Shown here piece by piece: positions 39,831 through 46,348 of a DNA stretch of 46,348 nt. The translations under genes were made by a program, and so were the position numbers. How positions within the stretch are numbered: the stretch's first letter is position 1; each line of letters begins with the position of its first letter. The stretch lies in sequence record SRR2962707_3652. One strand, given 5' to 3'. The notes under the pieces are model-generated. The model saw only the letters and a program-made list of their open reading frames with translations, did not search any database and was not told where the DNA came from.

Positions 39831-39985
39831 GTTTATTAGGCCAGAGTAGAACGAATGATTCAATTTTCATAATTAACAAATCAAAATTCCCAACATGAAC
39901 TAATTGGAGGTTTATTAGTAATAATTGTATATATGTTTCGAAAAAGAAACTGTTATATCAAACTAAATAAAGTTTTTTACTTAAG

Positions 39986-40756
39986 TCATATGTGATGAAG
40001 TAATTCCTGTTTAAAGGTTTGACTTACATTCAGAGTCACTCCATTCGGAAGCTTCACTTCATATTCGCCGTTACCATTGGTAATGATTGCATCTATCAAG
40101 TCAAGATTAATGATGGATGATTTGTGAATACGGACGAAATTTTTTGGGAGTTTCTTCAACATATTTGTCAGTGTTTCCCTGATCAAATGATATTGATCAT
40201 TTGCGAAAAGTTCAAGGTAATTTCCGGATGCAGAGATGTAAACGATTTCATTGAGCTGTATGAAGTAGATTTTGTTTCCTAGTTTAATTGATATTCGTGT
40301 CAATTTTGAATCAATTTCAACATCTTCATTGTAGAGAGATAGTAATTGTTTAATGCTTGATTCATACATCTTATGAGATGTATTTTGGCCAAAATGTGAT
40401 TCTATGCGATCGATTGTTAGGAGGAAACGATCATTGCTAAAAGGTTTGAGTAGGTAATCAAGTGCAGATAGTTCGAAGGCATCTACTGCAAACTGATCAT
40501 AAGCCGTGACAAAAACGGTGAGAGGAAGTGTTTCCAATTGTAGACTTTTCACAATATCAATACCGGATAAGCCTGGCATTTGAATATCTAAAAATGCGAG
40601 ATCCACATTTTTATTTGAGATAAAATCTCGAGCTATCAAGCTGTCTTCAAATTCGCCAATAATCTTAAAACCTTCTTGTTTCTGGAGCAACGATTTGATC
40701 CGATTTCTAGCTACTGGTTCATCATCTACTATTATGGCTTTTATTGATTTTTTCAT
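39986..40756 (-). CDS. LytR/AlgR family response regulator
   Basis: IVDDEPVAR, FLDIQMP, FVTAYD, DYLLKP, FVRIHKSSIIN. Confidence 0.96.
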   Translation of the reverse strand: MKKSIKAIIVDDEPVARNRIKSLLQKQEGFKIIGEFEDSLIARDFISNKNVDLAFLDIQMPGLSGIDIVKSLQLETLPLTVFVTAYDQFAVDAFELSALDYLLKPFSNDRFLLTIDRIESHFGQNTSHKMYESSIKQLLSLYNEDVEIDSKLTRISIKLGNKIYFIQLNEIVYISASGNYLELFANDQYHLIRETLTNMLKKLPKNFVRIHKSSIINLDLIDAIITNGNGEYEVKLPNGVTLNVSQTFKQELLHHI

Positions 40757-41841
40757 GATGCAGTAGATAATTTATCTCCTGGAATAATCAGCTTTACTTT
40801 TGTACCGCCACTCGGTGTAGAATTGATTTGCATAACAGCATTTTGGCCATAAAACGATTTTAATCTTTCCTCCACAAGGTTGAGTCCGATATGCTTTTCT
40901 GGCTTTCCAGATATCCCAACCCCATTGTCAACTATTACAATTTGCAGACCTTGTTCTTCAATGGTGACTATGAAGCCCACTAACCCATCGCCACGTTTTT
41001 TCTCCAATCCATGTTTAATGGAATTTTCTACCAATGGCTGAAGCAGCATATGCGGAATCATGTAATCCAATGCATTTGGACTAACATCCCATTTAACAGT
41101 TAAACGATCTCCGAATCGCACCTGTTCAATATCAAGGTATTTTTTAATTAAGTCCAACTCATCTCTTAAAGTCACCATATTCTTTTCGTTATGCAATGAA
41201 GACCTTAGTATATGACTTAAATCTTCAAGTACCTTTTGTGACTTTTCGATATCTCTTTCCATTAGACCAGAAACAGCATTCAAGGTATTAAAAATGAAAT
41301 GTGGATGCATCTGCGCCTCTAGCGTTTTCAATCGGGCATTGACCAACTGCTCCAAAAGTGCGAGTTCATTAACTTTCTTTTCTTTTAATCTACTTGCTAT
41401 ATTAACCGCATAACCAATACCGATTATTAACAAACCATTTGTGAATAGGTCAAATCCTAATGCATCACGACTAGAGTGAAATGGAGTTTTTTTCCAAATT
41501 AATCTGTCAGATTGAGTGTTGATCTCAGTTTGAGATCGAACTCTCACAATTTCCCGCTTAGTGAATGTTATTTCGAATGCAATAGCGAAGATAAGTGCAA
41601 TAATTATATTAATTGACAATGTGCTTATCCAATAGAAATGCATCTTTCTTTGATGGATAATGATTACAATCGGGATGACTAATATCAGGCTTACCGCCCA
41701 GGAAATTACTTGACCATCGAGTGGCCTACCTATCTCATTGAAAAAGGCAGATTTAAGAACCAGGACCGTTGATAACATAGTCCAGATGAGAGCAACTATC
41801 ATGGACTGAAGTAACCATCGCTTTTTCACAATCCTTTTCAT
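40753..41841 (-). CDS. LytS-type sensor histidine kinase
   Basis: QMHPHFIFNTLN, LLQPLVENSIKHG, DNGVG, IGLNLVEERL. Confidence 0.95.
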   Translation of the reverse strand: MKRIVKKRWLLQSMIVALIWTMLSTVLVLKSAFFNEIGRPLDGQVISWAVSLILVIPIVIIIHQRKMHFYWISTLSINIIIALIFAIAFEITFTKREIVRVRSQTEINTQSDRLIWKKTPFHSSRDALGFDLFTNGLLIIGIGYAVNIASRLKEKKVNELALLEQLVNARLKTLEAQMHPHFIFNTLNAVSGLMERDIEKSQKVLEDLSHILRSSLHNEKNMVTLRDELDLIKKYLDIEQVRFGDRLTVKWDVSPNALDYMIPHMLLQPLVENSIKHGLEKKRGDGLVGFIVTIEEQGLQIVIVDNGVGISGKPEKHIGLNLVEERLKSFYGQNAVMQINSTPSGGTKVKLIIPGDKLSTAS

Positions 41842-41870
41842 TTATTCTAAGATAGTAGTTAATACATGTG

Positions 41871-41921
41871 AATCCATTCAGAAATATCCCAAATTCCATT
41901 GCCTTCAAAACGTAATCCACA
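41871..41921 (+). promoter_or_regulatory. Candidate LytTR direct repeats
   Basis: AATCCATT / ATTCCATT / AATCCACA with TCCA cores at 41873, 41895, 41916 (22/21-bp spacing). Confidence 0.5.
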
Positions 41922-41986
41922 GAGGTAATCCCAGTTCGATTCCAATACTTCTGGAATCACCGTATCATTATCGAAACATATAGCTA

Positions 41987-42487
41987 ATGAAACAATTATT
42001 TACGCTAATATTTTGTGGACTTGCCTTGATCACATTTTGTCAACAGCAACAGGTACGGGAGAGAGGGAATGTGGTAAGAAACAATATCTCTTTTGATTCC
42101 TTCGAATGGTTATTGGGAGATTGGAAAAATGTGAGTAATAGTGGCGCCAGCTATGAAGAGCATTGGGACATAACAGAACCCAATGTAATGGAATGTTACA
42201 TCTACGGTATAAATGGATCAGATACAACCTCAAGAGAATACTTCAAGATCAACCTTCAAAATGGCGCCTGGATGTTAACTGCAGAAACTATTCCGCAGCA
42301 AAAAATAATCACATATAAACTGAGCAGGATTGATGATGATAATATGATCTTCATGAGAGAGGGTTCAGAATTTCCAACCAAAGTGTTGTATTCGAGAAAA
42401 AGGAAAAATGACCTGACCGTGGCTGTAGATGGTAAGCTCAATGGTCAATATATGAAGTTTGAATATCCAATGAAAAAAATGAAATAA
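41987..42487 (+). CDS. Exported DUF6265-like protein
   Basis: FEWLLGDW...YEEHW...FPTKVLY pattern; signal peptide. Confidence 0.7.
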   Translation: MKQLFTLIFCGLALITFCQQQQVRERGNVVRNNISFDSFEWLLGDWKNVSNSGASYEEHWDITEPNVMECYIYGINGSDTTSREYFKINLQNGAWMLTAETIPQQKIITYKLSRIDDDNMIFMREGSEFPTKVLYSRKRKNDLTVAVDGKLNGQYMKFEYPMKKMK

Positions 42488-42942
42488 TGAAGAATTCCAT
42501 TAAAATCCTATATATACTAATCATGCTTTTAGCGGCTGTATCCGTAAGAGCGCAAAAAGAGAAACTAGATAAGATGATTTTGGGTACTTGGGTCTATAGT
42601 GATTCAAGTGCGAGACTATCGGCTGAAGCATATGTAAAACGTATAGTTGAGGAAAATCCGAATATGGGCACACCTCCATTAGGGACGACTGAGCGGTATG
42701 AAGAATTATTCAAAACCACCACTTACGAGTATAAGAAAAATGGAAAGTATTTACACTTGACCAAAGGGAGGGAACCCGCTCTTGAAGGTGAATGGTCAAT
42801 CAGTAATGATGGCGAGTGGCTTTCACAAATTAGGGATGAGAATGAAAGAAAATATCGATTAGTCTTAATTTCTGATGAGAAGCTGACATTTTACTCTGAA
42901 AAGATGGAAAGTAACATCACGTTTGATAGGGTAAAGAAGTAG
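42487..42942 (+). CDS. Exported lipocalin-like domain protein
   Basis: Signal peptide, ILGTW, GEWSISNDG, ISDEKL. Confidence 0.6.
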   Translation: MKNSIKILYILIMLLAAVSVRAQKEKLDKMILGTWVYSDSSARLSAEAYVKRIVEENPNMGTPPLGTTERYEELFKTTTYEYKKNGKYLHLTKGREPALEGEWSISNDGEWLSQIRDENERKYRLVLISDEKLTFYSEKMESNITFDRVKK

Positions 42943-42948
42943 CCAAGG

Positions 42949-43330
42949 CAATTACAAGCACAAAAATTAGTAGAAGAAGAGTTTGAAGCCATTGTCTACA
43001 ATCATCGCATTTACAAAGTATTGGTAAACAGTAAACCCTATACATTCCTATTGAATATTGGAGCAAGTGGAATAGGAAGGATTCACACCAACGTATCGAA
43101 AGAACTTGGACTTGACTCTGTTGGTACGACCACAAATTTTGATGGGATCAATGAGAAAACTGAAAAACTGGTAGGAGTGCAAAAGTCTAAAGTTAGGCTC
43201 AATTGAATTTAAAGATATTCAGATCATGGAGCGGTTTAATCCTCATCGAAGTAAAGATGTTCCTATACATGGAATCTTAGGTGCAGGTTTTTTTGCTAAA
43301 TATTTACTTGAAATGAATTACCCTAAATCC
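42949..43330 (+). pseudogene. Retropepsin-like aspartyl protease remnant
   Basis: VNSKPYTFLL-NIG-AS (DTG degenerated), frame break near 43200, then IHGILGAGFF..MNYP; no start codon. Confidence 0.7.
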
Positions 43331-43762
43331 AACTTAGGTAAAGTGCTCTGTGAGATAGTAGATCAACCGATTCCCCAATATTTTTTTAATTGGGAAGACA
43401 GTAGATGGGTAGAAAACATTCATTATGAACTAGATGTAGATGAATTTGGTAAACGCTTGATTGAACTCTGGGAAAAAAGAAACGAAAATGGGTTGAGAGT
43501 GGACTATATGAAAGTGACATATACTTATTGAGACAAAGGATCGTATTTTAAATTATTATTCGAAATGTATCATTCTCCTGAATAAAAGCCTGCTTTTGTT
43601 CTTTATTCACTTGTTTATTTCAGGAATCTTCATAGAGCAAAATCCCTAAATCTGATGCCTAACGAAAGTAGAAATATTGGATAAACAAGAGTTTGTTACG
43701 GCCATCAAGGTTACCGCATGGTAGGGAATTGACTATATGCTGTTATAAAAAAGCAGTGGCAT

Positions 43763-45124
43763 CTACTTTGCCAGTACCACGTGTTCCAGGATCCATGCAT
43801 ATGCCTTTTCTAAGGTTCCTGGTGCACTTTTCGGCCATCTAAGATATCGCTCAGGCCAAGCTCCATCTACTGGCCCCATCACACCAGAGGGTATGCGCAT
43901 ACTATGATCCCCTTCTTCATGAATGAAAATCTTGTAATCTTGGTTTCCTGCTTTAGCCATCAGTTTTTCTAGTTGGACGCCATTTTCTTGTGCGGGTACA
44001 ACCGCATCTTTTCCACCGTAGATTGCGTATATAGGCATTTTGGCTTTTTCTAAATATGGAACCGGATCATACTTCCTCCTACGATAATAATCAAGATCAG
44101 AATTATTTAGGTCTTCTGGTATGTACACAAATTCCTCCCAAACACTGCCTCGAGCTTCTTCTATATAAGGAAGAAAATCCTCCCAATCAGCGCCTGCCCA
44201 TGAAAGCTCCACCATTTTCTTTTGAAACTCGAAGGCTGACTGGATGTCTTCTTCTTCAAAATCAAGGTCACTGAATCTCATCGACCATTCAGGGTAATGG
44301 CCTTGTTGATCTGCCAAGCTAACAGCTGGCCCCACATCCAACACCAAAAAGGCAACATTTTTTACTCTTGATGCTACAACCGGGACAATCCAGCCTCCTG
44401 CACTGGTTCCCCACAAGCCAATTTGATTGTTATCAATTCGTTTGTCTTTACGAAGCAGTTCAACCGCAGAAATAACATCCTGAAAGCGGTCTTCTTCGAT
44501 TAGTATATCCCGATTACCTGTAGACCTACCGGTTCCTCTTCCATCAAATATTAGCACTGCAACGCCTCTTTGTGCCATATCTAAGGCAACCCCATAGTTC
44601 CCCATACGAGATCCATATCCTCTTCCTTGAACCACTACCATAGCTGGATGTGGACCAGACCCATTGGGGTAAATGACGGAAGCTCCTATGGTGTCTTTTC
44701 CTGCCAAATAGGTAACCTCTTCAATAGATACATCTGGAGTTACCGGACGAATAGCACGACTCATATGGACTTTAAAGGTATCTCCACCACGGTTAGTTAT
44801 AGTACCTCTTAATTGTCCGCTTTTGAAGTCAGCAAGCAATTCCATCTGACCATAAAAATGCCTAAAACTAACCATACCGGAACTGATTGAGATTGGTAGC
44901 CCTCCTCTGACTAAATTCATTTCAGGCACATCAATGGTTGCAGACAGAGTCCCCAACTCCTCATTTTTAAGTATATCAAGTTTGAAAATTTGGATCGATC
45001 CACTACTGTCAATTACAGCCCCTTCCCAATATCCTTCCAGATTATCAGTTTCATTGTCGGTTTGTGCAAATGTTAAACCGGATAACATCAAAGTAAAGAA
45101 TATATGTACAAGTATTTTTTTCAT
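43763..45124 (-). CDS. Exported alpha/beta hydrolase (S9-like)
   Basis: Signal peptide, FDGRGTG, GTSAGG nucleophile, GGKD, GDH. Confidence 0.92.
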   Translation of the reverse strand: MKKILVHIFFTLMLSGLTFAQTDNETDNLEGYWEGAVIDSSGSIQIFKLDILKNEELGTLSATIDVPEMNLVRGGLPISISSGMVSFRHFYGQMELLADFKSGQLRGTITNRGGDTFKVHMSRAIRPVTPDVSIEEVTYLAGKDTIGASVIYPNGSGPHPAMVVVQGRGYGSRMGNYGVALDMAQRGVAVLIFDGRGTGRSTGNRDILIEEDRFQDVISAVELLRKDKRIDNNQIGLWGTSAGGWIVPVVASRVKNVAFLVLDVGPAVSLADQQGHYPEWSMRFSDLDFEEEDIQSAFEFQKKMVELSWAGADWEDFLPYIEEARGSVWEEFVYIPEDLNNSDLDYYRRRKYDPVPYLEKAKMPIYAIYGGKDAVVPAQENGVQLEKLMAKAGNQDYKIFIHEEGDHSMRIPSGVMGPVDGAWPERYLRWPKSAPGTLEKAYAWILEHVVLAK

Positions 45125-45289
45125 TTAGGTTGACTATTAATTAGGTATAATGCTAAACTCCGATACTTCATCCTTCTTTTTTATTTAGAAAGGGATATTC
45201 CGAATGTTAAATATGAGCAATAGCATGAATAATTGACTCCTATTAAGAGACGAAAATGAGTGATATATGATTCTAAACTCGTGTAATAA

Positions 45290-45303
45290 GCAACATTTGA
45301 TAA
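45290..45303 (+). promoter_or_regulatory. GCAA-N5-GACAA box variant, no intact gene downstream
   Basis: GCAACATTTGATAA preceded by AA as in most copies. Confidence 0.5.
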
Positions 45304-45623
45304 ATCATTCAAGATGTTGGAATTGCTCTGGTAAGCTACGTTTTCAAATCGGGGGATACATCATAGAGCGGCCTATTCCGATTTCTAAAGAATAGCCTAG
45401 CGAAAATTGGAATCCCGAAATATCCTGTTGATTTGAATAAATTGAAGCCTTAAATAAATCTGATAGAATTTTGGATTACACAGAAATTGCAATGAAGAAA
45501 TATTTAGTTTATGGCATCATTTCACTACTTTCAATCCGATTCAAGCAGACTCAGAATGAAAATGATGTTGGCTGAATATTATAGTAATGGTACTAATAAC
45601 GCTGAGTTTTAATCAACCAACTA

Positions 45624-46142
45624 ATGCACAGCATTCTTACACTCTCGCCACTTACAAGTGATAGCTATGACCTTTATGAAGTTTGTCTATCACTAATTTT
45701 CTTAGAATCCTACTTCAAGAAATTTATAGACATTGAAAAGGAAGTCTACACAACCCAACATTATCTTCTTGAGAATATCAAGGAACGTATGGAAAAAAAG
45801 GATTACCCTATTTTCGTCACAGCTGGAAATGGGAATGAGAAATTAAGGCACATAATGCACAATAAGTACTTGACCTTTTGCTATGAAAACCTCACCAAAA
45901 TAGAAGGATCATTGATTACTTACGGATTCAATTTTGGTCAATATGATCATCATATTATTGATGCGATTAATAAAGCTGCAAAGTACGGAGCACGTGCGGG
46001 AGATAAGCAACATAGCGTATATGTTGGAGTATATTCTGAAGCTGATTTGCAACATATAAAGAATATTGAAAATTTGTTTAAATGTAAAGTCAATGTTTAT
46101 CATTCGCCCACGGCTAAAATCTGGAACTCATTAAAAGTATAG
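45624..46142 (+). pseudogene. C-terminal fragment of DUF4917-like (SIR2-like fold) protein
   Basis: YPIFVTAG..EKL..I..NKYL..CY..L..IEGSLITYGFNF..D.HI pattern; N-terminal ~30 aa look unrelated. Confidence 0.7.
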
Positions 46143-46251
46143 TCTTAGATAAACGAAGATTTGTAACAGACAATAGTTGATAAGTAATTTTAAACCTAAG
46201 CTATGACCAAGCATTCCAGAATCATTCAAAGGCAATACAGGAAGGTAAAAC

Positions 46252-46308
46252 GCGTGCAAATTGCGTGCAAATTAAAAAGCACCTACATCCATTCAGACGT
46301 AAGTGCTT
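46252..46308. repeat. Tandem 11-bp repeats and hairpin next to att (integrase arm-site-like)
   Basis: GCGTGCAAATT twice (46252-46273); AAGCACCTAC...GTAAGTGCTT (46277-46308). Confidence 0.7.
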
Positions 46309-46318
46309 GATTCTCAGT

Positions 46319-46348
46319 GTGGGCCCACCAGGGCTCGAACCTGGGACT
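46319..46348 (-). tRNA. 3' end of a tRNA (resembles tRNA-Ile2/Met CAU type), cut by window end
   Basis: Minus strand AGTCCCAGGTTCGAGCCCTGGTGGGCCCAC: T-arm CCAGG-TTCGAGC-CCTGG and acceptor strand; anticodon not in window. Confidence 0.8.

Larger units (their letters stand above)
5726..46348. mobile_element. tRNA-anchored genomic island (~40.6 kb) with no recognisable integrase
   Basis: Direct tRNA 3'-end repeats at both ends, visibly lower GC than uxuA/susD, mosaic gene orientation, multiple gene fragments. Confidence 0.85.

Noticed and set aside
43655-43756. attC-like string GCCTAAC...GTTACGGC...TGTTATAAAA (and TGTTACGCGTTG near 5960)
   Set aside because: Single weak instances, not repeated after genes, genes are not co-oriented, and no integron integrase; IntegronFinder would settle it.
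1621-46103. Short ORF-track entries overlapping larger genes (e.g. 1621-1893, 11767-12171, 15302-15610, 30406-30705, 44056-44274)
   Set aside because: Antisense or out-of-frame shadows of well-supported CDSs with no recognisable motifs.
1-46348. CRISPR array, cas, integrase, transposase, reverse transcriptase or phage genes
   Set aside because: No regularly spaced repeat-spacer array and no ORF with the corresponding motifs was seen.
46319-46348. Firm isotype assignment or proof that this is the intact tRNA gene
   Set aside because: Window ends before the anticodon; it could also be another att copy.

Overview
Bacteroidota DNA (SusD, lipoproteins, LytTR and AraC load; possibly marine Cytophagales, by inference). 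Bases 1-5645 look like core genome: a serine hydrolase / DUF4097-like / anti-sigma / ECF sigma unit with two matching ECF promoters, an orphan SusD/RagB, and uxuA. From ~5726 to the window end is a visibly more AT-rich ~40.6 kb island bounded by direct copies of a tRNA 3' end (5726-5768 and 46319-46348). The left copy is interrupted by an 18-bp palindrome. I found no integrase or transposase. The cargo is a mosaic of ~35 genes in mixed orientation: four LytTR systems, two AraC regulators, and mostly exported hydrolases (beta-lactamase-like, S41, alpha/beta, erythromycin esterase, DJ-1, VOC), beta-propeller lipoproteins and several broken gene fragments. The strongest unexplained signal is a 14-bp non-palindromic box, GCAA-N5-GACAA. 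It occurs 11 times in island intergenic DNA, and 7 copies lie 48-78 nt upstream of unrelated genes in the same orientation. This suggests an island-wide regulon, possibly AraC-driven and downstream of a LytS/LytR pair, or alternatively a module-boundary site. All family calls come from motif recognition, not database searches.
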